Source: Tubiluchus corallicola
Taxonomy: Eukaryota; Animalia; Priapulida
Assembly: GCA_030141605.1 (NCBI GenBank)
Contig: JAQGDQ010000021.1
Span: 930,001 to 994,000, forward strand
Direction of reading: 5' to 3'
Length of the DNA: 64,000 bases
This document shows, in pieces, positions 1 to 14,786 of the stretch. The translations under genes were made by a program, and so were the position numbers. Numbering within the stretch: the stretch's first letter is position 1; each line of letters opens with the position of its first letter. A model generated the notes under the pieces. The model worked only from the letters and a program-made list of their open reading frames with translations. It was not told the origin of the DNA and made no database searches.

Positions 1-1628
1 GTAAATTAATAAGCAGAACGAGAAAATTAATGACAAAGTATCTAACTAAATTAAGAAAATTCGCTAAAGACAGCGAAACAGCGAAAAGAAAAACAGCATA
101 CCCAGAAATGGTTAGCTTCGAACACAGAAAGAAGTCTTCAAGTGCTTTACAGTCATTATCCGTGTAGCAGTGCAGTTCCATGCACAGCACCAAGAAGTTA
201 ACGAGAAGCTGTCAAAGCGTTCAGTTCGTGACCAAAGCTCACGCCAATCTCTGAGTAAACGTTTTCACTAGTTGCCCTTGTTAAGCCTTCAAACACCACG
301 GAGGCTATTGAACATTGCACTTGCAATATGGCCTCTACAGCAAGAGGATGAGATCATATGTTAACACAAGGCAAAGTGGGCAACTAACTGAATCATTTCC
401 GCTATGGTGCGCCACGCGTAAATAAAGATAAAGATCTTATTAGCTTAGATGACATTATCCTCTTCACTCAAATCCCACTGAAATGTCACAGCAGTTTATA
501 AACTGTATATTTATTATCTACATTAAGTTCGATAATGCGTCTTGTTGATTATATACGTTTAAGTTAAACAGAAGGAAATGAATTACAAATCTCTACAAAT
601 AAATTATCATTATCATTACGTGTAACAAATTTTACGGTTTGTTTATTGTTGTCTGCCATTTTTTACCTAGCCTAAGTTGTTCATCTGATGTGTTTACGTG
701 GTAATAGTTACATTTTTCGGGTACGGTATCAGCAATTAATATAAATAAGAAGTGTGAAAATGATCAATTTTGTCCTATCTGGGTTTCGAAGCATTACCCT
801 TTAAACGCAACGACGCAGTGTAGTTTAAAGATTATTCTTTAGACTGATTACTGCACTGCCGTAGTGGTGCATTAATGCATTAACTACTTATGTCACAGCC
901 TCACAGAGGCATTAGCTAATTCGGTGTTGATATATCATCGAATTCCGTAACGAAATACCCAAGTGTATCTAAAAATAGTTCGGCAATTATTGTTCACCCT
1001 ATTACGATGCCACAACCAGAAGCAGCCATTCATTCATAAAAACGTAATGCTACGCGTGCTGCACTCGAAAATAATACCTTTTAATGCAAGGTCGTCGAGT
1101 ACGTAGCAATATAACACAACAAATAGGCTTTATTACTGTTTATTTGGCGAATTAATAAGTAATGAATCTTATATTGCACAGTTGTGTGAAAGTATGCATT
1201 ATTAATAAGCAAAGCGTATCTCAATAACGATGTTACTCAACATTGTGAGTGACTGGTGATATTGACTGGCGGCAATGATATTATTTATAGTATAGCAGCT
1301 GACGAATGGAAAACGGCGACATTAAAACGAATTTCTATAATGGCGACTAAAACGCAAAATTAAAATTATTCTGCTAAGATGCCGAAGAATATCCACTTTT
1401 CACGAAAAGTTTGCGAGCGGTTAGTATTCCTGAAACTTCAAAGCGATGTTCTCGAAAGAGACGTTTTCAAACAACACAATTTTCAAAGCCACCACCATCA
1501 CCCATCAGGTAAGTGCAGTGTTGGACTGATGGAAGGATTTTTCTGGTTGCTGTGGTTTTCAGGTAAGACACAAGAAAATGCCAATTCGTAACGGTAATAT
1601 TGTTTAGTTTAAACTTTATTTATTTATA

Positions 1629-2300
1629 GTGGATTTACAAAACAGACTGCGTAATATAAAAATAAATAATTCCTCAATTGAAATCACTCAGGAAATAAAA
1701 TTTTTCGGAATTATTCTAAATGAACACTTGGATTGGAAGCCACACATAGATATGATCAAGAGTAAAATTTCAAACAATATAGGTGTAATATGCAGGACTA
1801 AAAATTACTTTACCAAATTACATTTAATAACACAGTACAATTTGCTTAATGTTGTCATACTTCACATACTGTTGTACACCTTTGGGACATACATATGCAA
1901 CTAATATAAATAAACTACGAGTTATCTAAAGAAAATTTCTTAGAATCGGTTGTAAATTGTTGTAATCTTAGAACACAGTATCTTAGTTTAACGTGTTTCA
2001 AAACTAATATTTGGACACTGTAATGATAATTGCTACATACATGTATAAAACTACATACAATTTCGTTCCAACAGTCTTTAATAACAGTTCAACTTAATAA
2101 TCGACATTATGTAACCGGAATAAATGAGTTTGTCATTAATTTTATGTAGAACAGACGTGGCACGGCAATTCATTGCAAGCGTCAGTCCAAGACTTTGGAG
2201 TGGCATAGATGATGAACTAGAAACGATTCAGTCAAAACAAAAATTTAAAACGAAATATAAAGTACTGATTTTGGATAAATATAATATTTCTCAACATCCT
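1629..2300 (+). mobile_element. Degenerate 5'-truncated non-LTR retrotransposon (CR1/L2-group LINE) ORF2 C-terminal fragment
   Basis: Broken frames give KFFGIILNEHLDWKPHIDMIKSKISNNIGVI (RT thumb region) and RTDVARQFIASVSPRLWSGI..FKTKYK, typical of LINE ORF2 ends; frameshifts and stops present. Confidence 0.8.
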
Positions 2301-2984
2301 ACACTTATTGCATTAGCCATACCACAATCCCGGGGCAGATTATACACAGAATTACACCACTGATTAATTTTTAGAGCCGACGTAAATGTTGCACAATCTA
2401 CTGTCTTTCTCCCTACAACTTCCACTGACAGAACCTTCTTCCTTTCCTGTGCGATCTCATCTTTCCTGCTGTTCTTCTTTAGTTCATATGTCGGTGAACT
2501 TATAGAAGCCTTTATTTCTCTAACTGCAGTATAATAATTATTATTCTTTTATGATAACGATAGTGCACGAGGCCTAATGTTGCCGTATGAAATAATAGTA
2601 TTACTAGTTTGTCGCCATGTATTGAATACTATTACTGTACTGAACGTGGTAATAATAAAATGTCAAACTTCAGAAAAAGAAACGGCAAGTAGATTTCGTT
2701 AAAAATAAATATATTTTTTAATATTGTTTAATACTCTGCAAACTGGGATCAATACCCAGTAGGGTGTCTATTAAACGTATCTCGTTGTGGCGGGATCAGA
2801 ATCTAGTTTGCTATTAAGAATAGCCCTCTAAGATATTCTGAACCGAGAGGTTTCTTAGCCACGTTCGGATGTGCATAAAACGCTTCCTGAATGAGGTAAT
2901 AACTAACGAGAAACAGTACAGTAGATAAAACATCTCACAAGCCGTTTTCAGTGGCCCCCATCCATCTGCTGACTAGGCTCAGCA

Positions 2985-3324
2985 CCTGTTTCCTTCGCCA
3001 CAAACTCTGCGACCTTTGCCATTTCGCAAGATTTTAGGTCACTCGGACAGTAGACGCTTAACGACAAGCTGCGCACGGGAAGATGCTAATCAGCGCTAGC
3101 TTGCCGCATTTGTTCATAGCCTAGTGTCCACTGGGCACTGGAGAAATGACCATGATCTGCTAAGCCGGTCACGGCTGTTCTCTGAAAATGTCACGTGACA
3201 TATTTTTAGCTACCACAAAGACACTTTTGAAGCTAATGAAGAACAATTGAATAATGGCAGGTTATCAATCCACAAAATCTGATTAGGCTCCTACACAACT
3301 AACCAATTTGTCACTTTTATAACC
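2985..3324 (+). repeat. ~330-bp repeat, inverted partner of 6902-7195
   Basis: CACAAAATCTGATTAGGCTCCTACACAACTAACCAATTTGTCACTTTTA and CACTGGGCACTGGAGAAATGACCATGATCTGC are exact reverse complements of segments in 6902-7060. Confidence 0.85.
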
Positions 3325-4834
3325 CCGCACAATCAGATTCAAAAGTCCTAAACATTCTCACAAAAAGTTCACGTCTGACGTAGCCATCCAGAATAAAGCC
3401 TGCAATAAATTTTCTTAAAACACGCATTACCGATTTTAGTGCTGCTTGAGATTTATTTTATTACTAGCTAATCAGCCCAGTATCCCATTTAATTTTGTGA
3501 TCTTAAAGGTCTGCAGCCAGAAGACGTAACGTTTGGCTAGTATTTCGACAGTTTTTTTCTCATGCGCTCTGACTAGGTTCTCTTGATTTGTACTCGTTAA
3601 TAAATTATGGTGAGTGATCGCAGATACTGAAAGGTAGCTTCTTACAGCAAAATTACGTGTTTCTTGCAGTAAATGGACATAATTACAGCAGACTAATTTA
3701 GTACACAAAGTCTGTACAATAATAAATATACCTTAGTCAAATTAGACTTACATCAATACATTAGATTACACCTCGCACTATAGGCACCTGCTTGCAGCAG
3801 CGTCTACAGCACAATCTATAGGAAATCCACTGCTCCATTATTATGTAACAAACGTTAGTTTTCAAAACTCCAAAATAGACTAAGCTCACACATTTGTCAG
3901 ATAAACCTCAACAGAGGCAAGTTGGAGATTCTCCTCACATCCAATAAAAGGCTAAGTTTGGAACTTAGCGACCGAAGTTAAGTAATGCTAGGCCTGGCTA
4001 GTGACAGGTATATGACAGCTAGGAAAATCGCTTCTTCTGGGTGATTGCAATCGTCTTTCAGTGTCTGCTTATTTAACCCTTTTCAGAAAGAAGGGAAGTG
4101 TATGTAAATGTACACCGGAATGTGGGTAAGACAGTGAAATACACCTCAGCCGGTTTAGTTGATAATGAAGTACGTGCCTCATCCATCACTTATTATCATA
4201 ATATTGTGACGCTGTTAAGTGCCAAACTGTACAAGACATAACAAAGGCGAGGGGTTTTAAGTTCACTAGATCTCTCTAAAGAAAGGTTAATTTGTCAACT
4301 GAACTTCTGATGACGCTACGTAAGACGGTATCGTCACCTCAAATACAGGTTAAGTTTGGAGACTTTCCCCGCCCCGGAGAGAAGCTAGGTTTTTGGATAC
4401 GAACGCTGCTCTCAAATTTCCACTCATTCAGCTGGTTCCACTTTTACAACTATTCAAGCCAGCAGTGTTTGCGGGGTTATTCTAAGACAGTCTTGCTGAT
4501 GCATACTGCTGGGCAACCCCAAGCGGTAAGTCTGACTGCTCAGAAAAGAAAATAACCAATAATACAAGCGATCAATAACCGCTAATAAACCATCGTTTAC
4601 ATTGCGATGTAGTTATGGACACCACTGTGGAAGAGAAACTAGCTGTACATAATGAAGCAGTTAGCTCACATAAGTGTTCCTTCGCTGATCAAGTCTTCGA
4701 CAAGAATGGCTTCTTCCTGTGATCTCAGCTGATAAGTCTACATTTGTGTGGTCTTCTCTGACTTTTCGACATTTATAACCTAAACTCTATAGCCCGAGAT
4801 ACACGTAACATGTAATTGAGAGGTAACGAGTAAA

Positions 4835-5319
4835 TAAACGAGAAGAAAAGTTAATTTTAAAGTATATTTAAAAACTTTCCGTACAAAGTTTATATTACTT
4901 AGCATTATACTGATAGACTTATGTAATTTAAAAAGGAAATTCGTAACAATTTCAAATGTTCGCACCACATGGTAAAACAGCACTGCATCGCCATCCCAGT
5001 GTGTATCACTGATTCACCAAAAACACATTAATGATCTTACTGAAAATTGATACTTTTGCTTAGTTAGCGAATAGTGTGTTACGAATCGCCTGATTATTTT
5101 TTCAAACTTTACGCAATGTTATCTAAACTTGTTTCAAACGACTTATCGTGAAAATAGCTGCGCCTAACGGTCATCATGAGAGTTTAATTTACAAGATTTA
5201 TACAGTACTACTGCTAACGTAAGCCCTGTATACAACAAGACAGCATGTAAGGGATACAAAATGCCACTTAAGACAATTTTTAAAGCTTCATTTACGAAGA
5301 GTGTTTTCTTGTGCTTTAA
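4835..5319 (+). mobile_element. TTAA-ended MITE family A (Kolobok/T2-like), copy 1
   Basis: Collinear similarity to 7430-7933, 36411-36912 and 56417-56791 (shared blocks such as CATCCCAGT, TTATCTAAACTTGTT, GCRCCTAAC, CTGCTAA). Confidence 0.8.
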
Positions 5320-5414
5320 AAATTGTCGCCTGTTCAGAGCATAGATGGGCGGCCGCTAAAGCCATCCAAACTGGACAAGAAAGCGTTAGCATCTGTACAT
5401 GGGTGAATTTATAG

Positions 5415-5906
5415 CAGAGGCGGCTCGTAGCTAAAATTAGTGGGGTGCTGCAAAATTAAAATTCTTTTAGCCATTGTTTTAATACTGTGTAAAACGAAAC
5501 AAACAGATGAAATTATAATTTTAAACAAAAAAAACTGATTTAAACATAACCTTGATAAACTCCTAAACAAAAAATGTTGTTTTCTTATGAATAGCCTAAA
5601 TTGTCGCAGTTCAAGAAGATGCCGATACACGGCTTTTAAGCACGTACTGCAGTGAGCGACAGTACTCTTTCTACCTAAAGTACAGCGTCGTATCTCAGAC
5701 ATGTGCGCATGGCCGCATGCGCACAGCAGCCAAACACCATGTTACTTGGGCTGTGAAGCAAATTGTACTTTCCTCACGTGCTCCGGTTCTGCACAAGTAC
5801 TGTATAAAGAAAGAACTAAAGATTATTATATTGAATATTATCGATAATAATGAGTGAAAACAGGGGGTGCTGCAGTACAACAGTACCTATACACGAACCG
5901 CCACTG
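5415..5906. mobile_element. Non-autonomous hAT-type MITE with perfect 8-bp target-site duplication
   Basis: TIRs CAGAGGCGGCTCGT / ACGAACCGCCACTG; TSD ATTTATAG at 5407-5414 and 5907-5914; internal palindrome TGTGCGCATG-GCCG-CATGCGCACA at 5702-5725. Confidence 0.9.
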
Positions 5907-6901
5907 ATTTATAGGTTCATTGTCTCTTCGTATATTCGACCTAATTATCTTCGTGAATTGATGTAATGTTCCAGTCAGGTCACAGCCATCAACATTAAGA
6001 ATGCTTTGCTGTTGTGTGCAGGTTCTTGGCTCCCAGAGTGTAAAATGTATTTGAAAAACGATTTTTCCATACAGAGACGAGCACCGACATTTCAATACAT
6101 TAAGCTGTACCCTATAGGCCTACTTGTGAAAATAGTCGCAATGAAACAGCCTTTTAATATTAAATATACATCTTATATTTGCATGCTAGCTGATTTTGCT
6201 GCTTGCAAGATTTATCCAAGAAATCTAATATAACTTAGTTTGGAAATTTAACAGATTAACCAACATAGAAATTATGGTTAAAAAGGGAATTCATCTAGCG
6301 CCCATATACCAGCAGGTTTAATGCATACTATGCTACGCTGAAAAAACATCTGCGAGAAAACATCATTGACTTGTTAAAAAAAATCTTCCCGTTAATCAGG
6401 TTACATGTGGCTGGCACTGTATATCATGCCCCGCGAAACCCATTAAAATGAAAAGATTTCCCAAACAGTAACAAGTCGTAAAACACTGACTATATGAACA
6501 GTTCTTATTTCAACAAACCCTCGAAGAGAAAGAGTTTCGGGTACCGGTCAAATTCGCAGTTGTAATGAAACGAGCAGCGGACACTAAAAAGCAATTAATT
6601 CAGTCAATCAATAAAAAATTATCAAAGGGACTCGGAACACACGATGGCTTTCAATATACTTTAGTTTTGAGAACACGAGAATTCGCTTTAATTTCAACGG
6701 CTATTGATGCAAGCAGCAAGAGCAAACGTATTTGATAAATATCTTTCAAGTGTAGACTACCACTGAATATTTCGCAGCCGGCTAATAAGCTGAAAGAGAA
6801 ATATACACTAATAGTTCTAGAACATACCTGCGTATAACTGTGGGAATAAGCAGGTATTTATGATCACACCAAATTTTTGGTAACAAAAATCTAGACCAGC
6901 A

Positions 6902-7195
6902 GGTTGTAAAAGTGACAAATTGGTTAGTTGTGTAGGAGCCTAATCAGATTTTGTGGACTGATAACCTGCCATTATTCAATTGTTTTTCATTAGCTTTAAA
7001 GGTGTTATGATGTGACCGGCTTCGCAGATCATGGTCATTTCTCCAGTGCCCAGTGGGAATGGATAACTGCAGCTGATGAATAGCGCTGATGAATATCGTT
7101 CCGTGTCCAGTGTGTTGTTAAACGTCTGCTGTCCGAATGACCTAAAATCTTGCTGTACTACAAAGGTTGCAGATTTTGTGGCGAGGGAAGTAGGG
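6902..7195 (-). repeat. ~300-bp repeat, inverted partner of 2985-3324
   Basis: See partner; ends near-identical, middle more diverged. Confidence 0.85.
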
Positions 7196-7429
7196 GTTAG
7201 GCAGAACTTTAGTTCGGGATTCTGCAGTTAAGTAGCGTCAAAAACCATGCTCTCACATTTATTAAGCTTACGGGCAAGCTCCCCGTGTTTTTAACAGATT
7301 TTTGTAGTGTATGAACTTTCTAAACTAAGACGAGATTCTTGCACGAAAATAACGCATAAGAAAATAAGCTGATAGAAACAACGTTTTGCAGTTAATTTAC
7401 AGGCTAGCTTACCAGAGTAGAAAATCTAT

Positions 7430-7933
7430 TTAAAGGATAATAAAAGGCAATTTTAAAATATGTCCCAAAAAACTTTCCACACAAAGTTAGCATTATGCTC
7501 ACCTGCTTGAAAGGCTTATGTAACTTGAAAAGAACATTTTTAGAAATTTAAAATGTTAGCACCAACTGGTAAACTGTCACTGATCCATCATCCCAGTGAT
7601 CACTAATTCACGAAAACACATTACTAATCTTTTCGATAAGATAAAGTAATTTATACTTTTGTTAAGTTAGCCAAAAGTGCGCTACGAATGGTATGACTGT
7701 TCTTCAAACTTTACCGAATGGTTTATCTAAACTTGTTCTAAACGACATTGTTAAAATGTCTAAATGCACCTAACAGGCATCGTAGTAGTTTAAATTTTCC
7801 AAGTTTTATATAGTTTTAAATAGCATTGCTGCTAACGCAAGCTCTGTGCACTATGATGCAATATGCACTTGATACGAAATTTCACACAAATTGTTTTCGT
7901 TTTATATAAGTAAAGGATTTTCTTGTACTTTAA
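7430..7933 (+). mobile_element. TTAA-ended MITE family A, copy 2
   Basis: Begins TTAAAGG, ends ACTTTAA; collinear with the other family A copies. Confidence 0.8.
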
Positions 7934-10579
7934 AATTTATACAGGTATTACAATACTTTACAGTCAATCAGGAGGCTTACAGAACTGAAACTAAAAGTCC
8001 TCACAAAACTGCAAAAGTGAACATTTAGGAAATTGGAAATATTTTTCAAAAACTGGTGAATGTCATCTAGATGATGCAGCGCCAAATTGGTTAATGAGAT
8101 ATATACAATCACACTAGCCTTTCTCACTTTTGAATAGTAAGATATAAACTTAGCAGATACTAGACACTACTTCCACCATATACAGGCTCTGGTAAATTTA
8201 CAACAAATAATAGGTTGATATGAGATTTTTGTTTACATAATATTCACGATCAAATAGATCTAGCCGCCGATGATCAAATTTGCTTTCGAGGAGTTGTGCA
8301 CGACACCCGGAAGTTGTAACATACTCCGGAAGTTGGTGAAGAGTGTAACATCATAAGCAGTGTACTGAGTTGAAGCTGCGCTTAATATACAGTATTATCT
8401 AACCGAAATAACGATATCAATTACATAATATTCAGTTAAATCAATCAGATTCAATATGTCATAACAAAAATGGTTTAGAACGCAGTGCACACGCTTAGTT
8501 AAATTATTTACCAAATTCGTGAATGAACAAGTATTGATGCAATGAATCCATATTTGAAAGTTTAAACGTTTGTTTATGTCATATAATCCAATCCAACAGA
8601 GGCATCTTACCCAAGTTTGTACGTCCACTCAAAGTTATAGGCTTAAAAAGTCGGAGGGTGGGGAAGTATGGCAACTGAAACTCTCCAGAAGCAACTTTTC
8701 AGAAATTCACCCACCCGTGTACTGACCATGCTCAGCACTGCATTACTGTGGCCACTAAGCAGATATTGTGACAATTCAGTTCTTCCATGTTGTGGACTAT
8801 CACCCTAGGTATGTAAATTATTTTATGTTAGGTACAGATCAATATGATAAACCTGTTCCACAAAGTTATATCCCTGGTAATATTGACCGACACAGGTAAA
8901 GCCTGGTATGCCTGGTATACAATATATACAGTTTTTTATGCACCCATGGATGCATTGTCAATAGATGTGAATGCATCAAGTATATCGGCCAAAAAAAACT
9001 ATGCGAACTTAAAGTAGCACGTGTTCTAGCGAAAATTAGCAAACAGAATTAGGAAATGTGATGACACGATTTTGGCTTCCACAAGTCAAAATACATAAAG
9101 CAATATATCAAATGCACGATTCCAGAAATTGAAAATGTTCTTGCGGGAAGACCTAGAGAATGTGAGCTTTTGTCTGAAAGAATGCCCCCTTATCTGCAAT
9201 TTTTAATTCGAATTAATGCAACACTAGCATGATTCTTATTTTCACCATGACACTGATATGGTGTGATTCTGCCAGGTGCTGAACCAGCGACCCCTGAGGA
9301 AAACCAAAGCACACTTTCACTGAGCTATCTTACACATTTTACGTCTACATGTTATGTACTTATTTAGTGCAAAAAGTGATGTAATTTCATCAACACAGCG
9401 ATATCAATTAATTTCGGTTGCATATAATTTTTGCAGGACTGCATTACTGAACGAAAGGTCAGAGAACGTCCAATCTGAATACTATCACATACATCCAGTA
9501 GTTCGATTACAACGTAGTGAAACTGCTAAATCACACAAAACCTAATTTTAGGCAAACAAGTCAACCAACAAGTAGAGTAGACATGAAAATAGATAGATTG
9601 CAAATAAAGTTCTAGGCAGAGCAAGCTATAGATGTTAGTGTGTTAGTGTGTTCGGGTGTTAGTGTATTAATGAGTCTTCTAAAAGTAGAATAATAACTTT
9701 TTTGTTAAATGAAGGTACTGAAACGACTTCTTACCTTTTAAACGACTGCAAGTATCTTTTTCGAAATACGACATGTGTAGTTCAACCAAACTACACTTAT
9801 CAGCACCAGATTTCTGTTTAATAACAATATTCACTTCTGCTCTTATCAAAATAAACAAAGTTTCACGAGATTATCACTCATATAATCACTAAAAAGTTAA
9901 ATACCGCTAGAAAATATTTACAGCAAAAACTATGAACGTTTTGGAAGTATCACTGCCAACTCGATAACCACGACATCCACTTAGTTATAATCACCCACAT
10001 AGTCAAAGTAGGCCTACATCAAATGTATTATTTAGTCCCCATTAAAAGGGTTTTTATAACGCCCTGCAAACGTTAATATAAGTGAACGAAAAATTGATGT
10101 GACCAGTCCAGTAACATCGCTAGGCAAAATAAGGCAGTATTTCACATTAATTTCAGTCAATTTGCATCAATAACAGTAATTTTGCTGCCTATCGATTACA
10201 CAATGCAACCCGATACACAAAACGCGATATCTCACCTGTAATGTCAACATGCAACGACTAGCTCAAGACTAGAAACATACACAGACCGACAGACGTGTCA
10301 CCACACAAAACACTGTCCAAACAAGTACAGAAATCATTGCATACTAACGTTTATTAGCCACCATACGCGTTTAAAATCATCTACAAAAATATTTTGAATG
10401 GCTAGAAACACACATGTTCTTAACTGAAAATGAACCGCTTGAGTGAAGTGGGACTTGACATGCACTGTATCATAACATCCACGCCGTCCTGGCGTAACCA
10501 ATCCATTGCAGAAACTACACGCACGGCATGAAAAACCAATTTAGAAATTCGTCTGAAACATGTATCTTGGGGTGACAGT

Positions 10580-10720
10580 AATAATGATTGCACTGATAAT
10601 GAATATGATGATAATGATGATGACAATGATGACGATGACGACGATGACAACTATGACGATGATGATGATAATAATAATGATGATGATATCAATGATGATG
10701 ATTACTATGACGATAGTGAT
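10580..10720. repeat. Imperfect (TGA/GAT)n trinucleotide microsatellite
   Basis: Direct reading. Confidence 0.9.
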
Positions 10721-11408
10721 ACTAACGCCAATGAGAAAATGGCATCATTATAGGATGACAAAGAACTGCATGTCATCCTGTTCAGTTCTAAAAATATTTC
10801 TTCGCACAAAATGCGTCCACACTTCGCTTTTTCTGCCCTGTGTTGGCCATACGGCAACGGCGATGAAATTGTGTAATTTATTATAAAGTTTTTTTTACAA
10901 TACTTCCGTTTAAAATAAAAATGTAGTATTTCCATTGCCTCAATTTATTCATACGATCGTTTGTTCATTATTCATTTATTCATTCAATCATTCGTTCATG
11001 TATTATTAATTGATTTATTCAGCCATTCATTCATTATCACTAATTTTTAAATCAGCTGTCAAAATGAGGCTTTATGTTCCGTTAATGTGAAAAATAATTA
11101 TCAATTTTCTCTTAGCTGTTCTGCAGACAGGAACGTGGCTAATAAAATTAGTTTATTTTATTTCGTGCCTGTTACTAAGGCCGTTTTCGGTACATTTGAG
11201 CTAAATCTCGAAGTCACTTGGGCTATAATCCCGTAATCCCACCGATCAGAACAAGCTGTTTATTGGAGAGCCTGTGGATACCTAATCCATAACTTCCCAA
11301 ATGTCCTTTCAAATTCTCTAGTTTGTTAGTCTCAGGCCCAGCCGCAAATAAAAATCTAGGCCTACTGTGAGAGTGAGGAAGCGTGAGAAAGGGGACGAAG
11401 AGATAGTT

Positions 11409-11411
<3 letters not shown>

Positions 11412-11477
<66 letters not shown>

Positions 11478-11502
11478 AAGAGAGAGAGAGAGAAAGAGAG
11501 AG
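11412..11502. repeat. (GA)n microsatellite
   Basis: Direct reading; about 30 perfect units, then imperfect. Confidence 0.95.
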
Positions 11503-12859
11503 CTAACAGTATTTCTAGAGTCGACGAAACTGAACCGCTAAACACCTAGACCATTCGGTTACGCAGGACTCACAAATTTACTTAATTTTACGCTCGCTTA
11601 ATTAAAAATTCAGAAAAGCATTCCCCCTAAGGACCCCATACAAATACTGTAACCACTCGAGGGTCTGCTGTTAATGTAATTTTATTGTATCAGGAGATCT
11701 AAGTCTAACACTACGTATAAAGAAAATGTATGTATATAGATTTTGAAACAACATTCGACTTACCTGGCTTGCTTTCCCTGAGATTGTTGTAGTTGTTGCT
11801 GGACGCGCCTGTTCGCAAAAGTTCAATCTACACGTATAAGCTGAACTAATGAAAACGTATTTGATCAACGTTTCAAAACTAAATTCCAGATCCACAAACG
11901 TGCAGCAAAACACACTTCACAGCTTAATTTCGCTGTCTTTGGTTACCCATTATTTAAACAGCGTTTTTTTTTGTGCAAATGATACCATCATAATCCAAAT
12001 CAATGACGCCATGACTTCTGTCTACTAGGAAAACAATTAAAGGCAAAAAACACCGTAATTACGTTAAAAATTAAAATTAATAATCGAGTAGAACAGCAAA
12101 CCATTTTAACCAATGTTGTACAGCGCACTTTTTGCTGGGGGAAGAGGTGGTAAAGAAACAACAAGTAACTGTACAGAACAACTACTATGTCAAAGGATTG
12201 CTGAAATAATAGAAAATCTATCATGCCCTCAAAGTTTTGTACGAACTCGTTATGTGTTACTCACAACTTGCAATCTTGAAGTCACTGGGATTCATTTTTT
12301 TCCGAATGAACTGAATAACCTGGAAATTCACCGTACCTGAACTCCTCTAAACACAATGGAGCTAGCTCGGAGGACAGGACGGACGCCAAGATGATAAAAA
12401 ACCATGTCACGGAACAGTATTCAACAGAAAAGCTTATGAAACATCTGTAAGCTGTATTGAAAAGGCTCTTGAGTTCTGCAAATCACTTCTTCAATCATAA
12501 CCTTCAAAATTGAAGGCTGTGCGAGACGCACGAAGCTTCCGCGCCAAATTTCGAGGCAATACTTTGATGTAAAAATTGTTCTGTATTACTCTTTGTTTTT
12601 GTACCACCTCCGAAGATAAAAGGTTATGAATAATCCTGTAGTGCACAAGACATCTGCTCTGCTGTTTCTAAACATTTTCTATGCTTCTAATGCACGCTTG
12701 TGACTCATGCCAGCTCCACGCAACAGCATTCTAATTATTTACGTGCGATTGTGCGTGTCCCGAGCATTCACTTCTATTGGTGATCATAAAGTCATTACAT
12801 TAGTACACGTTTCGTGGTCTCAATCTAATAACCTGTAGCTAAGTTTCTAATCGGTTCGA

Positions 12860-13010
12860 TAATGAAGTCACAGCAGTCTCGGTGTACGCGCCGGCGTTCT
12901 AGCTAAACGCGAGCTGTTCGCGAGAAACCACGCGAAATTATTGTGAAGCAGCGCGCAAAAAATAAGCCTATAGCGTAGGCACCTGTTTAATCACGCCCAC
13001 TCTTGCAAAA
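12860..13010. promoter_or_regulatory. CpG-dense patch, candidate TEAD promoter
   Basis: Cluster of CGCG/GCGC in an AT-rich background, with E2F-like CGCGAAA and GCGCGCAAAA, TTCGCGAGA and CACGCCCAC (KLF/SP-like), ~1.8 kb upstream of the putative leader exon. Confidence 0.4.
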
Positions 13011-14786
13011 TCCAGTATATGGCCCTGTTCAGTATGAGTATTGTATTCACATTATTGCAATATATAAGGAAGACGTAATGTTTTACTTGAGTCGAATACT
13101 TCTAATTTATTCTAATTTAACAAATGTGCGTGAGCTATAATAGTTTATCCAATCTGACATGACACATGACATGTCATTATTAGTTAAAAAGGTCCTATAA
13201 AAATATTTATGGTTGGAAAAATTAATTTGCTGTCGTAAAACTAGTAAAAGTATGTAACTTACTGTGCAGAATAAATTTATTTTCATTATGGATATCGCGG
13301 GCTAGGTGCTCCCTCTTTGTTTTAACCTTGTGATTAATTCTGTAATGTATTCTTTTTGCGTTTGTATAACATACTTTCAAGTTTGGGCGCGTGCAGATCG
13401 AGACACCCTATCCTTGAGTTCATGATCTCAGGACATTAAAGGGATGGATTAATAGAGATACGTGCATTATAGAATTCACTTTTATTTTTTTTTGGAGACA
13501 TGCTCTTTTTCACCTGCAGCTTAAAAATTGCTCTCCTTATTACATATGGTTAAAAATTGTCCACCCGGTTAGAAATTAGCAAGAAATTATGATTTTTGAA
13601 AATTTAACACAGTGTTAATAATTTTCATATACAACCGTCCTCAAAACACGTGAGGAAAATTAAGGCAATTAAGATATTTTGTTTTTAAATTGCAAGTTAC
13701 CATGATCGATTTTCAACTGCTTAATCAATTTACTTAAATCGACTAAAATCCAGATAAGAGGTGTAACGTAAATAGTATAGCATGGGAGCATCTTTTTCTC
13801 CATTTCACAACTATACTTCAAAACAATGGTAACAAATTATTGTTGAATGATATATGCCTTTGCATTATTTACAAATGAGGTCACCCAAGTTGCAAATGAC
13901 TAGAAAGTTCATAAGAATTTGTCCTGAAACTAATAATTTTAAGTGAGTCATGATAATATTTGACTGTTATCACAAAATTGTGACGGAGTAAACCTTGAAG
14001 TATTCATGTGTGGTAATAGCTCTCTCCCACGGCCTTACTACATAACTATTATTATAAAAGTCACCTTATTGAGTCAGTATTGATATGAGTGACTTCGACC
14101 TGCCATCTAGTGGCAAAACTTGCACATGTCCAACACTGTGCTAACATAAGAAAGTCATAATAATACGGCTTGCGCATGGATAAAGCATAAACCAATGCAG
14201 AATTGAGTTGCAAAAGCGAAAATAAACCTTGACTAACTAAATAAAATGGTCGCAAAATTGATTTAATTATAAATAATTGAGCCAACTAAGCGAGAGTAAA
14301 TATTTTTGTGTTTATATGTATGTGCAAGTATTTGTAAGTGTTCATATGTGTACTATATATATATATATATATGTCAGTGAGAAGTATATACTATATTAGC
14401 ATATGTACAAACATTCGGGATATACATGTATATATAATACCAAATCTAATGGCGTGAATTGACCAATTTTGCAAATTTCAAGTAAATAAAGCTCAGTCAT
14501 TAAAATAAATAATGTTTCATAGGTAAATTCAGTTGTACTAATTAAAGCAATTTTATTAACAATTGCACATTTAATTACTCACTAACATCTCTCTCACAAC
14601 ATATCTAACAGGGTGGTTGACTTTGATAACTTTTAGCTCTTCGCCACCTTTTTGCCAATGAACACTGCACAAATTATTGTAAATTATTAATCATGGTTTT
14701 TATTAACTAATCACATTGATTCTTGTATTGATCATATTGTAATAAGGCGATAAACAAATTACTTACTTACTCACTATTTATTACAG

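Noticed and set aside
10420-10935. Met/Ser-rich ORFs
   Set aside because: Artefacts of the (GAT)n microsatellite; no splice support.
11318-11549. ER- and SL-repeat ORFs
   Set aside because: Translation of the (GA)n tract.
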